From Candidatus Uhrbacteria bacterium (lineage in GTDB: Bacteria > Patescibacteriota > Patescibacteriia > UBA9934 > GWF2-40-263): DNA of 64,000 bases. The translations under genes and the position numbers were made by a program. Numbering within the stretch: the first letter of the stretch is position 1; each line of letters opens with the position of its first letter. Positions 55,056 through 62,848 of the stretch are shown here, one piece after another. Under the pieces are notes generated by a model. That model did not search any database and was not told the origin of the DNA. It saw only the letters and a program-made list of their open reading frames with translations. The stretch lies in contig JACQSF010000022.1 in NCBI GenBank assembly GCA_016206085.1, forward strand, positions 3,191 through 67,190, given 5' to 3'.

Positions 55056-56228
55056 ATGGACAAGGACATCAAGGACATGAACGAGCTCAGCCGGCTTCTC
55101 GTGCCGGTGTACGGGTTCGGCAGCCGCGATGCGGCCGAGGCCTACGTCGACGCCGAGAACGGGAGCGACCGGATCGTCGCCCCCCAGATGATCGCCGACC
55201 GAGACCACGGGATCGGGTACGTCATGATCCCGGGTTGGTGGAGCCAGATCGAGGCGCAGATCCTCGTGGAGCGCCCCGACTTCCGCCGCACTCGCCCCGG
55301 CCCCACCCAGATCTGGGAGAAGCTGCGCAGCGCCGACAAGCAGCGGCCCGACGACCGTGGGCGCCCGGCGTTCACGAGCGTCCTGCTCATCGGCGGACGC
55401 CGACAGTTCTTCCGCCACCACGTGAAGGAGAGCCGCTACGACGCCCCGTGGTGGAAGCGGCTCGACACCGGGCGTCGCGACTGCTTCGCGGTCTTCGCCC
55501 ACCGCGACGGCAGCCCGCTCGAGCCCTTCAGGGTCATCGACAACGGCAAGCTCAACGGCGCCCGTCAGACCAAGACGGTCTCCACCGCCCGCTCGGGCCG
55601 CGTGGCGATCTACTCGGCGACCACGGTCTACGCCAAGGACGGCAGCATCAACGGCAACGAGGCGCGGCTCCTCCTCGCCGAGTTCTCGGTGCTGGACCGC
55701 GACTCGACGAAGGACGACATGCTGCGCGTCACCGTCGTCGCCCAGCAGCACCAGTTCCCGAGCGGCGCGCAGATCCCCGAGATCGACCTCTCCTACCAGC
55801 AGAAGAACGGTCTGGACGATGCCTGGGTCCGACTCGCCAACGAGGCCCGCAACGGCTTCATCCGCGAGTGCAGCCCGGTCGACGAGGAGAACGAGAAGTT
55901 CCGGAGCTTCCACGTCCGGCAGCGGCAGCTCGCCGCGGCCGACGACAAGAAGCCGTACGGCGAGAAGTTCGCCGAGCGGATCCGCACGCTCGACTGGCAG
56001 GCCGCCCTGCGTCTCGTCCAGGAGCCCTGGCAGTTCGCGCTCGTCGCGTCGGTCCACGGCCACCGCGGGGAGTTCTCCTCCGACGGCGGGATGTATACCA
56101 TCCCATACGAGTGCGTCCCCAAGATGGTCGAGCTGCACGAGTGCTCCCCCGAGCGCCGCACCGCGCTCCAAGGCATGATCGGCTACGCCTCGGAGACCAG
56201 CACGAGCTGGAACTACCGCGGCGACTGA
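55056..56228 (+). CDS. Very GC-rich 390-aa orphan protein (cassette 4)
   Basis: AGAGGAAG SD 8 nt upstream. Third codon positions are almost all G/C. Two ~400-aa R/P/A-rich shadow ORFs (55235-56446 +, 54957-56171 -) are rejected. No family recognised. Confidence 0.65.
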   Translation: MDKDIKDMNELSRLLVPVYGFGSRDAAEAYVDAENGSDRIVAPQMIADRDHGIGYVMIPGWWSQIEAQILVERPDFRRTRPGPTQIWEKLRSADKQRPDDRGRPAFTSVLLIGGRRQFFRHHVKESRYDAPWWKRLDTGRRDCFAVFAHRDGSPLEPFRVIDNGKLNGARQTKTVSTARSGRVAIYSATTVYAKDGSINGNEARLLLAEFSVLDRDSTKDDMLRVTVVAQQHQFPSGAQIPEIDLSYQQKNGLDDAWVRLANEARNGFIRECSPVDEENEKFRSFHVRQRQLAAADDKKPYGEKFAERIRTLDWQAALRLVQEPWQFALVASVHGHRGEFSSDGGMYTIPYECVPKMVELHECSPERRTALQGMIGYASETSTSWNYRGD

Positions 56229-56231
56229 CCC

Positions 56232-56292
56232 CCACGACCCCGTCGTGGCAGATACCCCAATGTGGTTCTGCTGCGGCGGGGTATTCTATTTT
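56232..56292 (+). terminator. Double hairpin terminator of cassette 4
   Basis: CCACGAC-CCC-GTCGTGG (56232-56248), then ATACCCC...GGGGTAT (56252-56284) followed by TCTATTTT. Confidence 0.6.
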
Positions 56293-56330
56293 GCCCATTT
56301 GTCGGAAATTAAATATCCGACCTACTTACA

Positions 56331-56355
56331 AAAAATCGACCTTGTGGTCGATTTT
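56331..56355. terminator. Bidirectional-shaped terminator downstream of the deaminase gene
   Basis: AAAAATCGACC-TTGT-GGTCGATTTT. Confidence 0.6.
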
Positions 56356-56356
56356 A

Positions 56357-56389
56357 GGATTGCTTCGTCGCTACGCTCCTCGCAATGAC
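56357..56389. repeat. Half-copy of the GGATTGCTTCG...CTCGCAATGAC repeat
   Basis: GGATTGCTTCGTCGCTACGCTCCTCGCAATGAC, 6 nt from the deaminase stop. Confidence 0.7.
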
Positions 56390-56394
56390 GAGGA

Positions 56395-57105
56395 CTACAA
56401 TTGTCGCAGGACATTCCTCAACTGCCTTGCCATAGCATCACCATGATCAACGGTGTAGACCGGCTCGCCTGCAAGGAAACATTTTGCCCCCACCTGCGTC
56501 AGCACACAGTGTGCATCCCCTTCCCCATCGACAACCTCGATTCCCAACTCACCTAGCTCTCGGACAATGTCCTTAAGCAACTCTCCCTCAAACCCGTCGA
56601 GTGATACGGTCTTGATACTCGGAGATAGCGTCTGCGCATACACCTTGTCCCGACTAAACCTCTCGTGGGCGTCATCCGTCACATACAAATCACGCACACC
56701 GGCATCGATGAGCGACTTCCAGCACGGCTCGCAGGTCCACCAGTGGCCATACATGTAGGCATCAGCTCCCGTCGGATCGATTCCCAAGGCTCTCGCCTCT
56801 TCAATAAGCATCGGCTCTGAGTGGCCCGGAGCGTCATGCAATGTACACAGGTCATATCCTGTTCCGCTTGGACACTCCAACACAATCCGCGGACACACAT
56901 GAACCTGACCTGGCCCGCGGTTAAACCCATTTCCCGCTCGAACAACAACAACTCCATCCTTCACCAGCACGATCCCAACGGGATAGAGCTGGTCTCCCGC
57001 ACATTCCTCGCGAGCCTTCGCCGCTTCAATCATAAATGGATCGTCTACGGACGCATATTTTAGCTGATGACCTTCTGGCATGTAGGGATACTCAATGTTT
57101 GGCAT
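56395..57105 (-). CDS. Cytidine/deoxycytidylate deaminase family protein (dCMP deaminase-like) with an extra C-terminal domain
   Basis: 236 aa. Zinc motifs GHSEPM (HxE) and TCEPCWKS (CxxC). The last ~70 residues are unrecognised. Confidence 0.7.
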   Translation of the reverse strand: MPNIEYPYMPEGHQLKYASVDDPFMIEAAKAREECAGDQLYPVGIVLVKDGVVVVRAGNGFNRGPGQVHVCPRIVLECPSGTGYDLCTLHDAPGHSEPMLIEEARALGIDPTGADAYMYGHWWTCEPCWKSLIDAGVRDLYVTDDAHERFSRDKVYAQTLSPSIKTVSLDGFEGELLKDIVRELGELGIEVVDGEGDAHCVLTQVGAKCFLAGEPVYTVDHGDAMARQLRNVLRQL

Positions 57106-57145
57106 AAATCATGTTATACTTTATTCAAAGCTAACATAAGACCCT

Positions 57146-57463
57146 ATGAATTCACAAGAAGAATTCGAGAAAGAAGCCAAAGCCGTAGGCGAGCGCCTGG
57201 CATTACTCCTTGTTGCTGCCAACCTCCCAGAGGACGTCAAGGCAGGTTTTGCCTCGATGATTCCAGAAATGTCACCAGAACAAATCGACCGACTGATCAA
57301 CGTGCTCGAAGCAAATGTTTCTGATACGGCTGCGACGCAGGAAGCAGAGTTTGGCAAAGCCGTTCAAGATGCCCAGGCGACATACGAATCAAAGCGCCAA
57401 GCCGCCCAACAACAGACAATGGCAGAGTTGGACGAAATCGAAAGTCTCTTGAAAGCCGGCTAA
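57146..57463 (+). CDS. Small acidic helical hypothetical protein (operon gene 1)
   Basis: 105 aa. 3-nt gap to the next gene. No family recognised. Confidence 0.55.
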   Translation: MNSQEEFEKEAKAVGERLALLLVAANLPEDVKAGFASMIPEMSPEQIDRLINVLEANVSDTAATQEAEFGKAVQDAQATYESKRQAAQQQTMAELDEIESLLKAG

Positions 57464-57466
57464 GCT

Positions 57467-57787
57467 ATGAGCTGGTCTCGATTTGCCAATATCCTGCAGA
57501 CACGTCCACTGGATCGAGAGACAAAGCTTATGCTAATTGATCTCGTGGCCAGCGTGGACGATCCAAAGCTGGAGGAGGAAATTTTCTCCTTCGTGTTTGC
57601 TTGGGAGGAAGCGCAGGCACAGACACAACGGGAGCTCGTCGAAGGGATAAAACGCATCACGCACGAGTACGAACTCGCACAAACGGCTCTCAACGCCGGG
57701 AACCAAAAAGCAACCCTTTCGATCGCCGATGATCTTGCGCGACAGAAACGCATTGATGACTTGAGAACAAGAATTACTAGTCTTTAA
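57467..57787 (+). CDS. Small helical hypothetical protein (operon gene 2)
   Basis: 106 aa. 3-nt gaps on both sides. No family recognised. Confidence 0.55.
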   Translation: MSWSRFANILQTRPLDRETKLMLIDLVASVDDPKLEEEIFSFVFAWEEAQAQTQRELVEGIKRITHEYELAQTALNAGNQKATLSIADDLARQKRIDDLRTRITSL

Positions 57788-57790
57788 CCT

Positions 57791-60700
57791 ATGCCAATCA
57801 GACCACGTACACCGCCAAGCGAAACGTCTCCAGCCGCACCGCCACCAGACGCGGCACCTGCTTCGCCTCCTCCTGTAGAGGCATCTCCAGCACCTTCTGC
57901 AGACACCATCTCAGATGGTGATCTTGCGGCTGCACTCGAACTTGTCAAAAGAGATGGGGCAACAAGGGAGTCGATCCGCAGAGGACTTGGTGTCTCGAGA
58001 GAACGAGCCGCAAGTCTTCTGGCTGAAATGGAGGCAAAGGGAATCATAGGTTCTGCACCCAGGCCAGGAAAAAAACGCGAAATTCTAGTCACGACATGGC
58101 CGCCTGAGACAGCTCCTGTTCAAAAAGTCGATAGTGAAATAAGTGAAGAGGTCGCGTCATATGCATCTGACATAATAATTCATCTATTAGCTGGTGGCGA
58201 ACCCAGTACAGAGGCGTTTGAGCGTGAGCTGGGACTTTCCAAAGATGATGCGGAGACAATAATGGCTTCGTTGGTAAATATGGGCGTGATTTCAGCCTTA
58301 ACAGACGGGAAACATGAGGTTCTCATAAAACCACTGACTCGGGAGGAGTTTACAAACACTCAAAAGAAAATTGCTGGGCTAAGCTGGGATGAAATCGACG
58401 AAAGAGTTGCGAAAAGAGAATTTACTGTCATTCAGGTCATGGCTATCGACGGAATGCCTGGGTCTGTCGAAAAAGAAGATGAATCTGAACCATCAGCCGA
58501 TGAACGCAACGAACTGTTCAACAAAGCCGTCGAAAACGTAATAAAAGCTGGAGAAGCAAGATTGACCACTCTCGCCCACGGTCTTGTTCTGACGGCCACA
58601 CAAGTAAAAGATTTCCTCGCAGAAATGGAACACCGTGGAATCATCGGCCCTACCAGACGTGGAAAGCCTCGTGAGATCCTAATAAAAACCTGGCCGGCTG
58701 AAACGGCACCAGACACAAAACCAGAACTAGCTAAAAAGACGACACCTATCCTCACACGCGCTGGCGGAGCAGCGGCAGATTTGGATAACACAAAAGAAGC
58801 TAAACCAGCGCCTGCTGAGCCACCTCCTGCAGAATCGACTCCACCCGAGACGCCGCCTGCCGAGCCGTCACCAGAAGAAACTCCCCCAGAGACACCACCG
58901 ACACCGCCGGCTCCTCCCGAAACTCCCCATGCCACGCCAGAAAGAAGCAAATGGGAATCAATTACAGCTGGCTTCCGCGGAGCCTTCGATCGATTCGCTT
59001 CAAAATTCCGAGGAGAGGTGCAGGCAAGCGATGAAAAAGAATACAAAGCCTCATGGGGGGATGTGGCAAAGAATGCTGCCACGGGATTCTTGAGCGTGGC
59101 CGCAAGCTATACGGGCGTGAAGATTCTCGCGGATCTCCCACAATGGCTCTATCAGAAGTATTGGACCAACCCAGCGGAGCGACAGCGCATCAAGGACGCT
59201 CTTGCCGCAAAAGAAACAGAGCTGGGAGAAACGACGGAACCCACAGCCATCGACCAGAAGAAAGCCAAACTCGAAGAAGCGATCAACGCATCCAAATTTT
59301 TGACGAAAGAAAAGAAGGCAGAACTCCTAGCCAAGCTCCACACGACCGTCGAGGAATACGAAGCAAAAGACAAAACATTACGCACAGAGCGCAACGAGAA
59401 GATCGCCAAGCTCCTCGACCAAGCGATTGAGACGCGAATCAAGAACACCCAAATCCTCAAAGAAGGACTCAACTCCGCACTCATGGTCACCGGACTCTCG
59501 GCGATGCGAGGGGTTGCCTATGGTGCTGTGGCTGTGTATGAGCGTCACCAAGAAGTCATGACGAGTCCTGAACGTCGCATGCAGTATTGGAAGGAGATGA
59601 CCTATCGTGGATTTACCGAAACGGCCCATAACCTCATCGGCGGCAAAGCCGATACCTGGACGGGAAAAGGCATGAACTTCGTGAAGGGCGCAACCAATGT
59701 CTTGCGCGCGGCTGGTTTTGCCGATCTTGCGATCGCAGAGTGGACAACAGAAGGACGAAGCTTCAGCAGTGTTATTGAAACGAGTCTCAAAGCCTGGGAA
59801 GACAAAGGTGCTGCGGCTGGTTGGGAAAACATCAAGGCGCCCTGGGAGCGACTTGGACATCTTGGCGAATACGCAAAGTCGGCTGTTACGGGATCGGAAC
59901 CCGCACCCGGAGCAACCCCTGAGACTTCTGGTGGAGCTGCTGGTGGTGGTGCTCCTGGTTCGCCTGAAGCAGCCACGGCTGCGGGAACCGCTGGTGCAGC
60001 CGGTGTAGCTGCTGCTGAATCAGCCCCTCATGTGGAAGTTCCCGAAGCGCAAATTGAAGCAGGTCTGGTCAAGAAAGGCGACGGCATCTTGAAAATTCTC
60101 GAACGACAAGGAGTCGAAGGAAAGTCGGCTCTTGAGGCCGCTCGTGAGGCTGGAATCGTCCGCGCGGCTGGCGATACTCGACTGACAACGGAGGCTATTG
60201 GTCGACTCTCTGTTTTTGCCGAAGCAAAACCTGAAGGTGGAATTGAAATCAAATTCTTCGACACAGAAACAGACAAGGTCCTCACGCTGGCAGAAGCTCG
60301 CGAGGCAGGATTCACCTACGAGTCCGGAACTGTTCCTGGCGAACTTGCGACTGAATCGGAAGTTGCTGCTCACGTGGCAGAAACGGCAGAGATACTTAAG
60401 GACTCCGCTGATGTTCCCAACGATCTGCTGGGAGGAACATTCCATCTCTACGCAGACGCAGAAGGCAACTTCACTTCGATTGATGTGGGCGATGGCGACA
60501 CCCTGACTCGAATGAAAGAGGCTTTGCAAGAATTGACCAGACAAGGTCATGGTGACAGCCCAGAGGCAAAATTTATCTTCGAACAATATAGACAGCTCCT
60601 TTTAACAACTGAAGGTGCCCAAGTCGACGACGCTACTCCACCTCCCGAGGGAGTAGAACAGGCAACTCAAAGAGTCACTGAGCAACGCACGGCTGAATCA

Positions 60701-61201
60701 GAAACATCGGCAGATGGTGAACCTCTACGCAGATTCAAAGGCGAAGCTGGGAAGGTGAAATTCGTCTACGATAAGGAGACAGGAGCGGTGAAAGATGCAT
60801 TCCTTCCTGCGTACACACCAGGGAAGGCAGAGATTAGTTCCTCGTTAAGAGAGTGGGGGCTCACGACCAAACAAGTGAGGAACCACTTCTTTGAAGGATC
60901 TGCTCGGACACATATGGATGGAACAGCGATTGACACGTCGCATGCAGAACGTTATCCAGAGCCTAACCCAACCGAGAGCCGCGCCGGGTTCCCTATCCAG
61001 TCACCGGAAAATGATTACCGACAACTCACGCGAGAAGTCACAAAACTTTCTCGACAAGAGAGTTTGCTCCAAGAAATGGAAGAGAATGGATACAGGAGCA
61101 CCCCCGAGTACGCACGACTAAAAATGGAAACAGAACAGCTAGAAAGGACACTCTCAAGACAAATGGATAGACAGTTTCACATAAAGGAGCGGCCAATCTG
61201 A
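57791..61201 (+). CDS. 1136-aa membrane protein with three FtsK-gamma-like winged-helix domains and no translocase motor
   Basis: wHTH units at about aa 41-100, 119-180 and 238-299 (nt ~57911-58090, 58145-58330, 58502-58687). Examples are SLLAEMEAKGIIGSAPRPGKKREILV and DFLAEMEHRGIIGPTRRGKPREILI. These are followed by a Pro-rich linker, 2+ TM helices and a long helical/acidic C-terminus. No Walker A/B motifs. Confidence 0.65.
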   Translation: MPIRPRTPPSETSPAAPPPDAAPASPPPVEASPAPSADTISDGDLAAALELVKRDGATRESIRRGLGVSRERAASLLAEMEAKGIIGSAPRPGKKREILVTTWPPETAPVQKVDSEISEEVASYASDIIIHLLAGGEPSTEAFERELGLSKDDAETIMASLVNMGVISALTDGKHEVLIKPLTREEFTNTQKKIAGLSWDEIDERVAKREFTVIQVMAIDGMPGSVEKEDESEPSADERNELFNKAVENVIKAGEARLTTLAHGLVLTATQVKDFLAEMEHRGIIGPTRRGKPREILIKTWPAETAPDTKPELAKKTTPILTRAGGAAADLDNTKEAKPAPAEPPPAESTPPETPPAEPSPEETPPETPPTPPAPPETPHATPERSKWESITAGFRGAFDRFASKFRGEVQASDEKEYKASWGDVAKNAATGFLSVAASYTGVKILADLPQWLYQKYWTNPAERQRIKDALAAKETELGETTEPTAIDQKKAKLEEAINASKFLTKEKKAELLAKLHTTVEEYEAKDKTLRTERNEKIAKLLDQAIETRIKNTQILKEGLNSALMVTGLSAMRGVAYGAVAVYERHQEVMTSPERRMQYWKEMTYRGFTETAHNLIGGKADTWTGKGMNFVKGATNVLRAAGFADLAIAEWTTEGRSFSSVIETSLKAWEDKGAAAGWENIKAPWERLGHLGEYAKSAVTGSEPAPGATPETSGGAAGGGAPGSPEAATAAGTAGAAGVAAAESAPHVEVPEAQIEAGLVKKGDGILKILERQGVEGKSALEAAREAGIVRAAGDTRLTTEAIGRLSVFAEAKPEGGIEIKFFDTETDKVLTLAEAREAGFTYESGTVPGELATESEVAAHVAETAEILKDSADVPNDLLGGTFHLYADAEGNFTSIDVGDGDTLTRMKEALQELTRQGHGDSPEAKFIFEQYRQLLLTTEGAQVDDATPPPEGVEQATQRVTEQRTAESETSADGEPLRRFKGEAGKVKFVYDKETGAVKDAFLPAYTPGKAEISSSLREWGLTTKQVRNHFFEGSARTHMDGTAIDTSHAERYPEPNPTESRAGFPIQSPENDYRQLTREVTKLSRQESLLQEMEENGYRSTPEYARLKMETEQLERTLSRQMDRQFHIKERPI

Positions 61202-61205
61202 ATAT

Positions 61206-61232
61206 AAAAGACAGGCGTGAGCCTGTCTTTTA
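61206..61232. terminator. Bidirectional terminator between convergent genes
   Basis: AAAAGACAGGC-GTGA-GCCTGTCTTTT. Confidence 0.75.
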
Positions 61233-61235
61233 TAT

Positions 61236-61760
61236 TCATGTTCTGTAGTGGAGGAGGACGGCTTGGTCGTTAAGTGGGGTCGCTGTCACAAGTTTCACGT
61301 CGATGCGCTCGAACCCTGTGGCAAGAGGAACGCCTGAGCCAAACAGATGCGGCTCTATGGTGAGGTAGAGATCAGTCACGAGACCATCCTGGAGAAACTC
61401 GCTGTAGATTGATGATCCACCGGCGATGGCAACGGTTGTCACGCCTTGTGTAGCAAGTTGGTCAAGAAGATCTCGAGGGGAGAGGTTTGTGTACTCAACG
61501 GTACCACTCGTAACCACCCCCAGCCCCTCCTTAAAAAGGAGGGGGGCCGGAGAGCGAGACATGACAATTATTCGACGACCCTTCAAGGGCTTGCCGATCG
61601 TATCGAACGTCTTGCGTCCCATGATCACCACTCCTGCTTCTTTTGTTTTGTCGATAAAAAAACGTGTGTCCTCTTTGCTCGTCCAATCAAGCGAAGACTG
61701 GCCTTCTGCCTGCGCAATTTTTCCGTCCGCGGATATCGCCGCAATAAGCCAAACATTCAT
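61236..61760 (-). CDS. Dihydrofolate reductase family protein (RibD C-terminal-domain type)
   Basis: 174 aa. IAAISADGKIA...VIMGRKTFDTIGKPLKGRRIIVMS. Directly downstream of thyA. Carries an in-frame repeat copy. Confidence 0.7.
   Translation of the reverse strand: MNVWLIAAISADGKIAQAEGQSSLDWTSKEDTRFFIDKTKEAGVVIMGRKTFDTIGKPLKGRRIIVMSRSPAPLLFKEGLGVVTSGTVEYTNLSPRDLLDQLATQGVTTVAIAGGSSIYSEFLQDGLVTDLYLTIEPHLFGSGVPLATGFERIDVKLVTATPLNDQAVLLHYRT
61506..61554 (-). repeat. 49-bp CCCCTCC-hairpin repeat, copy C, in-frame inside the DHFR-like gene
   Basis: The reverse complement matches copy B at 47/49 positions. It is translated as SPAPLLFKEGLGVVTSG. Confidence 0.85.
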
Positions 61761-61763
61761 AGG

Positions 61764-62603
61764 CTAGTACACGTTCACGGTGATCTTCATGCCTTTAATA
61801 GGCTCTAGTGGCTGATATTGTGAATTGAGTGAAGCAAACAGCTCTTCCACAAGCTGACTATCCCCTGCCACCGCACGACCGTAACTTCCAACAGGAACCT
61901 GTAACGCAATAGGGGCATGCGCATGTTCACGATCGATAAGCTCGCGCGCGGCTTCGAAATGGTTATCGTAAATGTGGGCATTGCTGATCGAGTGCGTGTA
62001 GATTCCTGGCTTCAAACCCAACCGCTCCGCGAGGATACATTGCAAGAGCGCAAATCCTGCCGCGTCGTGCGGACATCCAAGCATCATGTCGTTTGAGCGA
62101 ATGATGTTATGCAAATGTAATCTCCCACCCGCAATGTTAACGGTGAACGAGTAGGGGCACGGCAAATTTTTCTTCGAGTCCACGCCAAGTCCGTCACCAG
62201 AAGGATCCCAGGTAATGATAACCGCATGACGGGAGGCCGGATTCTCGGTCAAATGGTTCACCAGGCTCTCCATCTGGTCACGACCAAAGTGATGTCGCCA
62301 CCGATATCCGTATGCTGCTTGGACGGTTCCATCTTCCTCCAAAAAATCGTCCCAAATCCTGGTAAACTGCTGCAACCAGGTCGGATTATTTTCTCCCATG
62401 AGGTACCAAATCTGTTCCGCAATGAACAACTTCAATGGAATCTTACGCAGGGTAAGCAATGGGAAACTTTCACCGACATCCACACGAAGCGTCAGCCCAG
62501 GAATCATGCGTGTAATCCTGCCGGACCACGGGTTTGGAATATCAATCCCCTCGTCCAAAATCTGACGGATCGCTTCTTTATATTGGACGTCAAATGATGT
62601 CAT
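61764..62603 (-). CDS. thyA: Thymidylate synthase (ThyA)
   Basis: Starts at MTSFDVQYKEAI, with GGAGGG SD upstream. Motifs PLLTLRKIPLK, LPCPYSFTVN and NAHIYDNH. The track's TTG-initiated extension into the palindrome is rejected. Confidence 0.9.
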   Translation of the reverse strand: MTSFDVQYKEAIRQILDEGIDIPNPWSGRITRMIPGLTLRVDVGESFPLLTLRKIPLKLFIAEQIWYLMGENNPTWLQQFTRIWDDFLEEDGTVQAAYGYRWRHHFGRDQMESLVNHLTENPASRHAVIITWDPSGDGLGVDSKKNLPCPYSFTVNIAGGRLHLHNIIRSNDMMLGCPHDAAGFALLQCILAERLGLKPGIYTHSISNAHIYDNHFEAARELIDREHAHAPIALQVPVGSYGRAVAGDSQLVEELFASLNSQYQPLEPIKGMKITVNVY

Positions 62604-62628
62604 AGCACCCTCCACTGTAACAGAGCGA

Positions 62629-62758
62629 GGAGACCTCGGCAAAATTTGCGATCTTTGCTTTCACGGGCGCCCAGGCATCGCTTCAACGTCCGTTTTAGGA
62701 CGTTTTCAGCGATCGCCAGCCCGTTCAAACAAATCTCATCAAATTTTACCGAGGTCTC
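62629..62758. repeat. About 130-nt imperfect palindrome filling the thyA 5' region
   Basis: The outer arms GGAGACCTCGGCAAAATTTG (62629-62648) and CAAATTTTACCGAGGTCTC (62740-62758) pair. The inner arms continue to a central AACGTCC-GTTTTA-GGACGTT hairpin near 62694. Confidence 0.75.
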
Positions 62759-62831
62759 TATACGCCAGGTTTCCATCGCTCCCCTTTTTCGCTAAAATGG
62801 CCTTGTTCTTGTTCTCCCTGTGGACAAACTC

Positions 62832-62840
62832 TGATATAAT
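62832..62840 (+). promoter_or_regulatory. Extended -10 promoter of tmk; likely leaderless mRNA
   Basis: TGATATAAT (TGnTATAAT). The ATG at 62849 lies 8 nt after the -10 box. The ATG at 62843 is too close to be transcribed. Confidence 0.45.
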
Positions 62841-62848
62841 TTATGCAG

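Noticed and set aside
54957-56446. Two ~400-aa ORFs overlapping cassette 4 (55235-56446 on + and 54957-56171 on -), plus several 120-150-aa ones
   Set aside because: Their translations are R/P/A/G-rich low-complexity sequence, typical of off-frame reading of high-GC DNA. Only the 55056-56228 frame puts G/C at third positions and has an SD.
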